Shown one piece after another: positions 8,467 through 18,400 of a DNA stretch of 34,089 bases. Made by a program: the position numbers and the translations under genes. The stretch's first letter is position 1, and every line of letters begins with the position of its first letter. The DNA is from Actinomycetota bacterium. GTDB lineage: Bacteria; Actinomycetota; Acidimicrobiia; IMCC26256; PALSA-610. The notes beneath the pieces are model-generated. The model did not search any database, was not told where the DNA came from, and worked only from the letters and a program-made list of their open reading frames with translations. The stretch is from assembly GCA_005779345.1 (NCBI GenBank), contig SXJQ01000121.1, forward strand, positions 1-34,089. Direction: 5' to 3'.

Positions 8467-8501
8467 GCGCCCGACCGCGCCTGGGTCGCACCGACGCGGA
8501 C

Positions 8502-11500
8502 TCAGGCGAACGCGCGGATGAACACGTCGAGTGCGTCGTTGGTGTCGCCGCTCACGAGGTTGGCGTCGGCCGACATCCATGCCGCGTACGCCCCGTCGCT
8601 GCTCGTTCGCGCGATCGCCGGGCTCACCGCGCCGCCGATCATCGCCATGACGACGTTGCGGGAAACTCCCGAATCGAGGTCGCGCATCACCGAGCCGGCA
8701 GTACCGGTGAACGCCGCATCAGACGTATAGAAGGTGACACGGCGTCCGTCGGCGGTGATCGAGGTCGGGAACGCCCAGTTCGCCGTGCCAGGAGCCGAAG
8801 GATTGACGCGTTCCACCGACCCGGTCGCGAGCGTCCGTACCCAGATCGACGTGTCGAAGGTCGCCGAATCCGTCGAGGCGAACGCGAAGTGCGCCCCGTC
8901 CGCAGCGATGAGCGGCCCCGGCGCGTAGTCGGCGACCGGCATCGCCACGCCCGCCGCATCGGCATTCGCGAGCACGGTGGTCGCCGAAACGCGGTCACGG
9001 ACGAACAGGTCGAACTCGCCGACCCGTTCACCCGGCGCCAGCCCGTCGGTCGAGGTCCCGAACCCGACGATGCCGCCGTCGAAACTCAACGACACGTTCA
9101 TCCGACTCGCGGCCTGGATCGTTGCGTCGCCGGTCGTGCCGTCGCTCGCGACGCTGACCCGCTCGACGACACCCGTGACGATGTCACGAACATACACATC
9201 GGGTGCTGAGTCGAGGTCGGCCGCGATCATCGGCGCGTCGGTCACGAACGCCACGGTGGAACCGTCGCCCGAGATCGCACCGGGCATCTCGAAACAGAAC
9301 TGCGACCAGTCGGTGCGGCACGCACGTGTCGGCATCTGGGTGCCGTCCTCGGACAGATTGACGCGCGTGGTGGTCCCGACGGTGCGGTCGCGTACGAACA
9401 GGTCGAAGTCGGCATTCGTGTCGACCGTGCCGAACGAGTCGTACGACGAGAACAGCACCTTGGATCCGTCGTCGCTGATCCCTTCCAAGAAGTTGTCGCC
9501 GTACGTCGCTCCGATGGTGATGCGCTCGGTCGTCCCGGCGACACGATCGCGGAGATACACGTCGGAGCGGATGCCGTTGGCGTCGTGCGCGGCCACGAGA
9601 TCGACCGCGCGCGACTCGAACGCGACGAACCGACCGCCGGGCGTGACGAGCGACATCATGCCGGGTGGCTCGTACGCACCGCCCCACGACTCGCTCCCCT
9701 GGTCCGTCAGGCCGGCTCGCTCGACCCAGTTGGCGCCCGCCGCACCGTCGTTGTCGACGATCGTGACGGCGAGCGGCACCGAGATCGCGGTGTTGTCGAT
9801 GCGGGTCGTCACCGTCTTCGCGACGAGCCGACCGGAATGCATCCCCTCGGTCGTTCCGTCGTCGAGCGCGCTGATCGACAGCGATTGTGGTGTCGCCCAA
9901 TTCTGCGGCGTGAAGGTCAGCCCGGCGGCCGGGAGTGCGAGCTGCCCGTCGCCGCGCAGCATCACCGTCGTGTTCGCGGTCGGCGCGTGTGCGAGCGCGA
10001 TCCGAACGACGGCGGCCGGGCCCCCCTCGGTCAGCGGTCCCGGATCGAGGACCACCGGAAGCGGAGCGCCGGACTGTGCGACTTGGGTCGCGCCGTCGAT
10101 GTCGACGACGAAGTCGGTCGGACCCGTGAGCGACCGGACCCCGACGTGGAAGGTGCCGGTCGTCGTGGGGGTGAACCAGCCCCCGGTCGAGCGCGCGGCG
10201 CCGCCGTTGTACCAACACAGGCTCGACGACCCGCCGCCGTCGAAGTCGGTGGTCGAGCAGTCGTCGGTGAGGGTGACCGGCGCCCCGTCGGGGCCGAGCA
10301 CGACGAGCTTCGTAAACGGTCCGTTGAACCCATCGACCGTCGGCACGGTGAGTCCGAGCCCGACCGTCCGGTTCCGCGTCGCCTTGATCGGCCAGATCAG
10401 CTCGGTGCGATCGTCGACGTGGCCCTGCCGCGCGAAGTGCCGCGACGGCGCCGGACCCGCGAGCGCCGAGTTCGCCGCGGCGCGGAGGAAGGGATACGCG
10501 TTGAGCGCGCCGTAGCCGGTCTCGGGATCGGGTCCCGGCAGATTCCAGTCGGCCGCGGTCGAATGTGCGAGGTCGAGAATCGGCGAGTTCATCGACGCCT
10601 CGTCGACACCGGTCGGACACGCCGTGCACGCGACTCCCGACGGAGCGAGCGACGGGTCGGCCTGGAGTGCGAGCGCGACGAGGCCCGACAACGCAGGCGT
10701 CGCCATCGAGGTCCCCGACATCGTGCGATACCGCCAACTCGGATACCCCGGCGCCGCCGCGAGGATGTCGACGCCGGGCGTCACGACATCGGGCTTCGTC
10801 CGCCCGTCGGCCGTCGGTCCGCGTGACGAGAACTCGGCGAGGTTCCTGCCGAGCGCGTTCGACTTGATCGCGCCCGCGGTCAGGGCCCACTTGGCGACAC
10901 CGGGCGTCCCGACCGACCCCGACCCTGGGCCGCTGTTCCCGGCGGCGACCACGGGCACCATGCCGGCGGCGGCGAGACGGTTGGCGCCGTCCGACAACAC
11001 GTCGGTGCCGTCGAGCCCCGCCAGCGCCGCTCCGAAACTCATGTTGACGACGTCGATCCCGTACGTCGAGCGCTGAGCGAGCAACCAGTCGAACGCCGCC
11101 AACAGATCGGATTCCGGTGCCGAGTTCGCGCAGTCGAAGACCTTCAGCACGACGAGCGCCGCGCCGGGCGCGACACCCTTGTTGGCGGCGGTGACCTTGC
11201 CGGTTCCTGCGGCGATCGACGACACATGGGTCCCGTGCCCGAGGTCGTCCCACGGCGCGCCGCCGGGCGGCGCGGTCGGACAGCCGGCACCGGGCGTGCT
11301 CACGAAGTTCTCGAAGGCGAGGATCTTTCCGGCGAAGTCGGGATGGGTCGGGTCGATCCCGCTGTCGACGATCGCGATCACCGAGTCGGCGGGTCCGTAC
11401 ACCGTGAGCCCGTCGTTGGCGGCGTCGCCGTCGAGTCCGAGCTTGCGTTCGGCCGCGCCGATGCCGGAGTCGGCCTTGCGGATCGGAGTCGGCGCGGTCA

Positions 11501-11831
11501 TCTGTCCCGGTGTGGTCGCGTCCGGCTCCAGCCGGATGCGCCGGTCGGCGACGACCTCGGCGACGGCGCCGTCGGCGTCGACCGCGGCGGCCTGCGCGTC
11601 GGTGAGGGTCGCTGCGACCACGGGAAGTCCGCGGTAGGTACGACGAACGCGGAGGTTCCCCGCAGCCGACGCAAGCCGTTGCAGCGTGGCCGAACTCGGC
11701 GACGTCCGAAAGACGATGATCACGGGATTGGCGGGGGGAACCGCCGCGACGGCCGGCAACGCCGCGCCGGCACCGGCGATCCCGAGTACGACAACGGCCG
11801 TGCCCGCCACCAACCTACGAACTGCAGTCAT
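8502..11831 (-). CDS. secreted subtilisin-like S8 serine protease with I9 propeptide, beta-sandwich modules and a C-terminal PD40/TolB-like beta-propeller
   Basis: The signal peptide is MTAVRRLVAGTAVVVLGIAGAGAALPAVAA. An I9-like propeptide follows. The catalytic triad motifs are IAIVDSGID, HGTHVSSIAAG and SGTSMATPALSG, with the oxyanion motif AAGNSGP. The C-terminal ~385 aa (nt 8505-9660) carry about 7 repeats: DVYLRDRVAGTTERI, DLFVRDRTVGTTTRV, DVYVRDIVTGVVERV, DLFVRDRVSATTVLA, SIWVRTLATGSVERV, SVMRDLDSGVSRNV and DVFIRAF. Confidence 0.9.
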   Translation of the reverse strand: MTAVRRLVAGTAVVVLGIAGAGAALPAVAAVPPANPVIIVFRTSPSSATLQRLASAAGNLRVRRTYRGLPVVAATLTDAQAAAVDADGAVAEVVADRRIRLEPDATTPGQMTAPTPIRKADSGIGAAERKLGLDGDAANDGLTVYGPADSVIAIVDSGIDPTHPDFAGKILAFENFVSTPGAGCPTAPPGGAPWDDLGHGTHVSSIAAGTGKVTAANKGVAPGAALVVLKVFDCANSAPESDLLAAFDWLLAQRSTYGIDVVNMSFGAALAGLDGTDVLSDGANRLAAAGMVPVVAAGNSGPGSGSVGTPGVAKWALTAGAIKSNALGRNLAEFSSRGPTADGRTKPDVVTPGVDILAAAPGYPSWRYRTMSGTSMATPALSGLVALALQADPSLAPSGVACTACPTGVDEASMNSPILDLAHSTAADWNLPGPDPETGYGALNAYPFLRAAANSALAGPAPSRHFARQGHVDDRTELIWPIKATRNRTVGLGLTVPTVDGFNGPFTKLVVLGPDGAPVTLTDDCSTTDFDGGGSSSLCWYNGGAARSTGGWFTPTTTGTFHVGVRSLTGPTDFVVDIDGATQVAQSGAPLPVVLDPGPLTEGGPAAVVRIALAHAPTANTTVMLRGDGQLALPAAGLTFTPQNWATPQSLSISALDDGTTEGMHSGRLVAKTVTTRIDNTAISVPLAVTIVDNDGAAGANWVERAGLTDQGSESWGGAYEPPGMMSLVTPGGRFVAFESRAVDLVAAHDANGIRSDVYLRDRVAGTTERITIGATYGDNFLEGISDDGSKVLFSSYDSFGTVDTNADFDLFVRDRTVGTTTRVNLSEDGTQMPTRACRTDWSQFCFEMPGAISGDGSTVAFVTDAPMIAADLDSAPDVYVRDIVTGVVERVSVASDGTTGDATIQAASRMNVSLSFDGGIVGFGTSTDGLAPGERVGEFDLFVRDRVSATTVLANADAAGVAMPVADYAPGPLIAADGAHFAFASTDSATFDTSIWVRTLATGSVERVNPSAPGTANWAFPTSITADGRRVTFYTSDAAFTGTAGSVMRDLDSGVSRNVVMAMIGGAVSPAIARTSSDGAYAAWMSADANLVSGDTNDALDVFIRAFA

Positions 11832-11993
11832 CTCGACCTACCCACGTTCGCCGCCGACGCTCGCTACCAACCCGCGCCGCCTCCCGCTACGGCGAAGTTA
11901 CGCACCTGCGAGCCAAGCCCGAGGAGGCCGACCGCCCAAGACACGTCCAATTTTCGCGACCGCCTCTCGGCGGACATGTCGGAGGTCCCACAA

Positions 11994-12536
11994 TCACCCG
12001 GTGGTCGCCGACCTGGCTGCGAGCGACCTCGCGAGCACTCCACCCCAGGCGCGAGCACGGTCCGCCTCGCCGGGCTCGAGCGTGTTGCCGCGCTCGACGA
12101 AGAAGCTTTCGGGGTCGGCGATCTCGTCGAAACCGTGTCGGCGGAGGCGCTTGCTGATGCCCTTCGACGCGCGCCCGGTCAACGCCGCCGCCAGATCGAA
12201 CCGCGTATCGAACGCGGCGGCGGCGACCTTCATCTCGGGGAGCGCATCGAACCACTCACGCAACCCTTCGCCTTCCGCGTCGGCATCGAGCACGAGACCG
12301 CGGTCGGGCTTGCGCGCATCGGCCACGGCAGCCTCGCGCGTACCCTCCCGCGTCATTCCGTGCGCGTGCGTCGGACCGCCCACGACGACGAGGTCGGCCG
12401 TTTCGAGCACCTCGGGAGTCGCGTCACCCACGGCGACGACCGCCACCTCGCAGGACCCCGCAAGCCCCTCGCCGATCGCATCGGCGATGAGGTGCGTGTT
12501 GCCGTACATCGATTCGTACACGACCACAGCGCGCAT
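11994..12536 (-). CDS. flavodoxin-like fold protein
   Basis: MRAVVVYESMYGNTHLIADAIGEGL...ADLVVVGGPTH matches the flavodoxin-like family pattern that is common in actinobacteria. Confidence 0.75.
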   Translation of the reverse strand: MRAVVVYESMYGNTHLIADAIGEGLAGSCEVAVVAVGDATPEVLETADLVVVGGPTHAHGMTREGTREAAVADARKPDRGLVLDADAEGEGLREWFDALPEMKVAAAAFDTRFDLAAALTGRASKGISKRLRRHGFDEIADPESFFVERGNTLEPGEADRARAWGGVLARSLAARSATTG

Positions 12537-12725
12537 TTCGCGACACCCCCTGTATCCGGAGCCAACGCGTCGGCTTCGGTGCCGACACGTCGATGCTGCC
12601 GGGTCGGCTGCAGCACGGCGCAGGGACCGACGTCACTTCGGCACCGGTCCTTCGGCGCCGGTCGGTCGTCGCTGGCGCCGATGTCGCCGGGCGGCGCAGG
12701 ATGAACGCATGCGCCCGACGGCCCG

Positions 12726-13985
12726 ATGCCCGTGATGAATTCCGGGCCTCGCCCGACGGGCCTCGTCCCGAACGCCAGGCTTCGACGCGAAGTCAGCCTC
12801 CCCCTGCTCGTGCTCTACGGGCTCGGCACCACGGTCGGCGCCGGGATCTACGCACTGACCGGCGAGGTGGCCGGGTCGGCGGGCAGCCGCGCCCCGTTGT
12901 CGTTCCTCCTCGCGGCCGCGCTCGCCGGGATCACCGCCCTCGGGTTCGCGGAACTCGCGGGACGTCTGCCGAAGGCAGCCGGCGAGGCGGTCTTCGTCGA
13001 ACACGCCTTCCACTCGCGCGTGCTCACCACGTCGGTCGGCATGGTCGTCATCGCGGCCGGAGTCATCGCCTGCGCGGCGATCCTCAACGCGTTCGGTGGG
13101 TACGTCGCCGAACTGGTCGATGCACCGCGGTGGCTGCTCATCGTCGGCCTCGTCGGCGTGCTCGGCGGTCTCGCGGCGAGCGGCGTCAAGGAGTCGGTCA
13201 CCGCGGCAGCGGTGTTCACCGCAGTCGAAATCGTCGGATTGCTGCTCGTCGTGTGGGCGGGGCGGGCGAGCTTCGGTGCCGTGGGCGGCCGATTCGGCGA
13301 CCTCGTCGGACCACCCGACAGCGTCGACGCGTGGGGTGGGGTGCTCGGTGGCGCCTTCCTCGCGTTCTTCGCCTTCCTCGGGTTCGAAGACATCGACTCG
13401 GTCGCCGAGGAGACCCACGCCGCGTCGCGCAACCTGCCCCGCGCGATTCTGCTCACCCTCGCGATCACGACCGTCTTGTACATGGCCGTGTCCGCCATCG
13501 CGGTGCTCGAGGTCGAGCCCTCGGTGCTGGGCAACTCGGACGCACCATTGACCCTCATCTACCAACGGAGCGGTGGCAACCCCGACATCATCAGCTTCAT
13601 CGCGGCGCTCGCCATGGTGAACGGCGCGCTCGTCCAGTTGGTGATGATCCCCCGAGTCGTCTACGGGCTCTCCAACCTCGGTCTCGTGCCCGCCTGGATC
13701 GGCGCGGTCTCGCACCGCACCCACACCCCGGTACGGGCGACGACGGTCGGGATCGCCCTGGTCACCGCTCTCGCGCTCGGTCTCGGGCTCGGGCCGCTGG
13801 CGCGGCTCACGTCGGCGGCAACGATGGCGATCTTCATCGCGATCAACCTGGCGCTCATCGTCATCAAGCGCCGCGACGGGGCGACCCCGACGTTCCACGT
13901 CCCGATGTGGATCCCGTTCGTCGGGATCGTCGCGTCGGCTGCCATGTTCCTCGCCGAATCGGTCCGCATCCTCGACGGCGGCTGA
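12726..13985 (+). CDS. APC-superfamily amino acid/polyamine permease
   Basis: LLVLYGLGTTVGAGIYALTGEVAG is an APC signature-like N-terminus. There are about 11-12 hydrophobic segments. The overlapping Arg-rich ORFs in other frames are artefacts. Confidence 0.85.
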   Translation: MPVMNSGPRPTGLVPNARLRREVSLPLLVLYGLGTTVGAGIYALTGEVAGSAGSRAPLSFLLAAALAGITALGFAELAGRLPKAAGEAVFVEHAFHSRVLTTSVGMVVIAAGVIACAAILNAFGGYVAELVDAPRWLLIVGLVGVLGGLAASGVKESVTAAAVFTAVEIVGLLLVVWAGRASFGAVGGRFGDLVGPPDSVDAWGGVLGGAFLAFFAFLGFEDIDSVAEETHAASRNLPRAILLTLAITTVLYMAVSAIAVLEVEPSVLGNSDAPLTLIYQRSGGNPDIISFIAALAMVNGALVQLVMIPRVVYGLSNLGLVPAWIGAVSHRTHTPVRATTVGIALVTALALGLGLGPLARLTSAATMAIFIAINLALIVIKRRDGATPTFHVPMWIPFVGIVASAAMFLAESVRILDGG

Positions 13986-14019
13986 CGGCTCCGGCGGCGT
14001 CGGTCGGCGGCCGCGGCGC

Positions 14020-15429
14020 GTGGACGGCAAGAATGCACGGATGGCCGTCCAGCGGATCGTCTCACCCATCGACAACTCGATCGTCGCCGAACGCGAGACG
14101 ATCACCGAGCGCGACCGCGCCGCGGTCCTCGACCGTGCCGCGACCGCACAGCGCGAGTGGCGCGCGGTCGCAGTCGACGCGCGCATCACGATCTGTGAGC
14201 GTGCCGTCTCCTGGTTCGAGGCGCACGCCGACGATGTCGCGGCCGAGATCACCGCCCAGATGGGTCGCCCGATCGCGCACTCCCCCTACGAGATCACCCG
14301 CGGCTTCCAAGAGCGCGCCCGCTACATGGCTTCGCTCGCGCCCCGGGTTCTCGCCGACACCGACGCGCCGACCAAGGAGGGATTCACCCGCTTCATCCGC
14401 CGGGAACCGGTCGGCACCGTGCTCGTCGTCGCGCCGTGGAACTACCCCTACCTCACCTCGGTCAACACGATCGTGCCGGCGCTCCTCGCGGGCAACAGCG
14501 TGATCTTGAAACACGCCACCCAGACCTTGCTCTGCGCGGAACGCTGGGCGGAGGCGTTCGCGGCTGCGGGCATGCCCGACGGGGTGTTCCAAGTGGTCCA
14601 CGCGACGCACGCCGACGTCGCTGCGCTCATCGCGGATCCGCGCATCGGCTTCGTCGCGTTCACCGGTTCGGTCGACGCCGGGCATTCGATCAACCACGCG
14701 GCACGCGAACGGTTCATCGGCACGGGCCTCGAACTCGGCGGCAAGGACCCGAGCTACGTGCGGCCCGACGCCGATCTCGTCGAGGCAATTGCCGAGAACG
14801 TCGACGGTGCCTTCTTCAATGCCGGCCAGAGCTGCTGCGGCATCGAACGGATCTACGTGCACGACGACGTCTACGAAGCGTTCGTCGACGGATTCGTGGC
14901 GGCGACCCGAACCTATGTGCTCGGCGATCCACGCGATCCGGCAACGACGCTCGGACCAATGGTCAATGCCTCATCTGCCGCGTTCGTGCGCGACCAGATC
15001 GCCGCAGCGCTGGCGGCAGGCGCACGGGCGCTCGTCACCGAGCACGAGTTCGTCGCGTCGCAGGCCGGCACTCCCTACCTCGGACCGACCGTGCTCGTCG
15101 ACGTCGATCACTCGATGCGGATCATGCGCGAGGAGTCGTTCGGGCCTGTGATCGGCATCCAACGCGTCTCCGGCGACGAAGAAGCGGTGCGTTTGATGAA
15201 CGACTCGGACTACGGCCTCACGGCCAGCATCTGGTCGCGCGATGTCGATGCCGCGCTCGCGCTCGGGAACGGCCTCGAGACCGGCACGGTGTTTCTCAAC
15301 CGCTGCGATTACCTCGATCCGGCGTTGGCCTGGACCGGCGTGAAAGACACCGGCCACGGCACGACGCTCTCGCCCCTCGGCTTCGACGCCGTCACCCGCC
15401 CGAAGTCGTTCCACCTCCGCTTTCCGTAG
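14020..15429 (+). CDS. NAD(P)-dependent aldehyde dehydrogenase family protein
   Basis: Contains ELGGKDP and FFNAGQSCCGIERIYV (catalytic Glu and Cys motifs). The more likely start is ATG 14041 (MAVQRIVSPIDN). Probably co-transcribed with the permease, given the 34-nt gap. Confidence 0.9.
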   Translation: MDGKNARMAVQRIVSPIDNSIVAERETITERDRAAVLDRAATAQREWRAVAVDARITICERAVSWFEAHADDVAAEITAQMGRPIAHSPYEITRGFQERARYMASLAPRVLADTDAPTKEGFTRFIRREPVGTVLVVAPWNYPYLTSVNTIVPALLAGNSVILKHATQTLLCAERWAEAFAAAGMPDGVFQVVHATHADVAALIADPRIGFVAFTGSVDAGHSINHAARERFIGTGLELGGKDPSYVRPDADLVEAIAENVDGAFFNAGQSCCGIERIYVHDDVYEAFVDGFVAATRTYVLGDPRDPATTLGPMVNASSAAFVRDQIAAALAAGARALVTEHEFVASQAGTPYLGPTVLVDVDHSMRIMREESFGPVIGIQRVSGDEEAVRLMNDSDYGLTASIWSRDVDAALALGNGLETGTVFLNRCDYLDPALAWTGVKDTGHGTTLSPLGFDAVTRPKSFHLRFP

Positions 15430-15438
15430 CCGTGCCCG

Positions 15439-18400
15439 TCAGCCGATGGCGACCGTGTCGCCTGCCGAGCGACCGAACACCTCGGGGGCGTAGATCTCCT
15501 CGGCACGCGCCGGCGGAACGACGAACACGCCCGGGGTGGTGGCCCGCGCGATGTAGGTGTACTCGTAGGTGCCACCGTAGAGATACGAGCCGTACGCCTC
15601 GACCCGATCGTCACGCAGGTTCTCGTGGTCGAACCATGTCCAGCCGTACCAGGTCGGGAGTCCGACCGGGTCGCTGCCGGCGACCGGATCCTCCGCCGGT
15701 GGGCGCGGCGAGGCCGCGAGCACCGGGTTCACGGCCTCGAGGCCCGCAGGGAGCGGATCGACGAGCACCATGTTCGTGCGGTTGGAGTCGGCCACCATCG
15801 TCACGCGCACCCTGACCATCGCTCCCGGCTCGATGTGCCAGGTGCCGGTTCCATCGCGACGCACGTCGCCCTCGTCGTCGACTGCCTCGTAGACGCGATC
15901 GACGACGAAGCCTTCATCGCGCGGGTCGAGGGTGAGATCGGATGGGGCGTAGCGAAGACCGAGCCGGTAGTAGAGCCGCCCCGATCCATCCTTCGCGAGG
16001 ACGATGTCGGGATCGCCGCCGAGTTCGGTCATCGGGACGAGCGTGTGCCGGCGATCGATCGAGCGTCCCTCGTAGGCGTGTTCGGCGGCGTAGTCGTCGC
16101 CGAGCCAGACGCGCGCGACGAACGACGGCGTCTGGGCCTCGAACGTCGCGAAGTAGCGCTGGAGCGCGACCAGGATGAACCCGTTCTCCTGGATGTTGTT
16201 CCAGCGGCCCTTCACCTGATTGCCGATCAACCCGGCAACCGCCTTCGGGATCAGGTCGCTGTCCGGTCGCTCACTGATGAGCGCATCCAACACGATCCCG
16301 TCGGTGCGGCGGTCGGACGCGAGAACGAGATGAGCGCCGTCGTCGTACCCCGAACTGAACGTGACCGCGCCCGGCGTGTCGTGCGCGACGTTCGCGATGG
16401 TCCGAGCGATTTCGGCATCGATTTCCGGATCGTCGACAACTGGCCACAACCACGCGAGCGCGTCGAGTGGTAGTGCATCGTCGGATCGGTAGAGCGACTC
16501 GGCCTTGGCCGGATCGCGGTCGCCCGCTCGGCCGCGCACGCGCAACGCGTACGCGCTCACGGCGTGGCGCGCCTGGGCGTCCCAGTAGCTCGGGAAGTAC
16601 GACTCGATGTCGTGGATGTACGCGAGCGCTCGCCGGTGCGGTTCGTCGCCGACACCGAAACCGGCGATTCGAGCGAGCACCAGGGCCTCGGTGGCCTGGA
16701 CGCTGACGTAGGGCTGCGGGTCGCCAAAGCGGGTCCAGGTGCTGAAGCCGCCGTCGTCGCGTTGGAGCGCGACGAGGGCAGCGATATCGGCCTCGATCCG
16801 GTCATCGACCTCGGCCGCGGTCGGCACGCCTTCGCCGCCGAATGCCGCGAACACGTCGCGCAACGAGGTCAGAGCGATGATGCGCGACGCGTAGGCGTCG
16901 GCGCTCTCGTACGGATAGTCCTCCAAGTACACGATCGCATCGGTGAGCGCCTGCATCGCGGTCGACGACGTGTCGATCTCGAGGCCGCCGAACTCCGGAA
17001 CGACACCCGAAGGAGTCAGCAGCGGCTGAACGATCGCGCCATCGTCGATCACGCCGTAGGTCGCGAACGCCTCGGTGGTGACGGGCGTGTAGACGGGGAA
17101 CGCACCGGACACACTGTCGACGCGATCGGCGCCGGCGGTAGTGACCCGGAATCGCGCCGTTCCCGCCGATTCCGCCTCGGCCGGGAACCGAACCTCGACC
17201 CGATCGTTGGCGGGCACCTCGACGCGCCGCCCGCTCGAACCGGTGACCGTCAGGTTCGACGTCTCGATCACGAGGTCGGCGACGATCGGCTCGTCCGTGA
17301 GGTTCTGGAGCACGACGGGGAACTCGAAGCGGTCACCGAAGTTCGCGAATCGTGGTGCCGACGGTCGGACCTGGAGCGGCAAGCGCGCGGTCAAGGTCGA
17401 CTCACCCGCACCGAACCGGCCGCCGTCGTCGGCCACGACCGCCATGACGCGGTAACGCGTCAGGTTGTCGGGCAGATCGAACGTAACGCTCGCGGTGCCG
17501 GAGGCATCCGTGCGCACGCGCGGCGCGAACAACGCGAGCGCGCCGAAGTCCGTCCGCACCTCGACCCCGTCGGCCGTCAGGCGAACGCGGTTCGCCGAGT
17601 ACGACTCACCGTCATACTGCGCATCGCCGGGCGCGAGGTCCCCGCCCGTTCCCGCCGAATCCTCCGAGCTTCGACCGTCCTCGTCCTGTCCGGCGGGCGA
17701 TGTCGTCGTACTGGCCGGTGCCGGTTCGCGCCCGAAGGTCGCGGGGTTCGCCAACACCAAACTGTTGCGCAAGTAGTCGAAGTACTGCTCGTCGGCACGC
17801 GGTGGATAGAACGCGCCGATCGGATCGGGAAGCTCGTATCCGGTCAGCGACAACACGGCCTCGTCGACCACGACGACCGCGACCTCGGCGTCGGCCACCG
17901 CCGATCCGTTGGCCGCGGTGACCGCGACATCGACCGTGCCCTGCTCACCGGGTTCGGACACGCGCTCGCGCGCTTCGGCAGTGACCGTCAGGGTCTCGGC
18001 GGCAGGCTCGACCAGCAACGACAACGACGCGGTCGCGAAGGCCGGGCGCGGCGGGAGGTCGGCGTCGACCTTCCCGTCGTCGCGCAACCGGGGTGCCTGG
18101 CCCGCGAGGTCGACCTGGAGACCCACACCCGGCACGTGAGCATCCGTGATCGGAACCTCGACGACAGCCGATCCCTCGTCGAGCGCGAACCGCTGGGTCG
18201 TCGTCGTGCCGTTGGCCGAGATGGTGAGCAGCCCGTGCGCATCGGAGAACGGAGCGATGACGAGCAGTTCGGCCGTGTCGCCCGGTGCGTACCGGTCCTG
18301 GTCGGGGACGACGGTCGCCGCCTCTTGCTCGACGTTGCGCGACGGAATCGCCTCGCCGCCACTCACCCAACGCGTGAGTTCGCTGCGGTTGCGGCCGCCA

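Noticed and set aside
9184-11253. A 689-aa alternative-frame ORF inside the S8 protease gene. Similar Arg-rich ORFs occur at 5317..6597, 12593..14503, 12633..14252, 14436..15815, 24321..25883, 27528..28433 and 27704..28717.
   Set aside because: All overlap or oppose confidently assigned genes. All have extreme Arg/Pro/Gly content and lack any recognisable domain.
11960-11973. The hairpin CCGCC-GAGA-GGCGG (minus strand) after the flavodoxin-like gene, considered as an intrinsic terminator.
   Set aside because: It has only a 5-bp stem and a weak A/T tail (TCGCGAAAATT), so it is too marginal to list as a feature.
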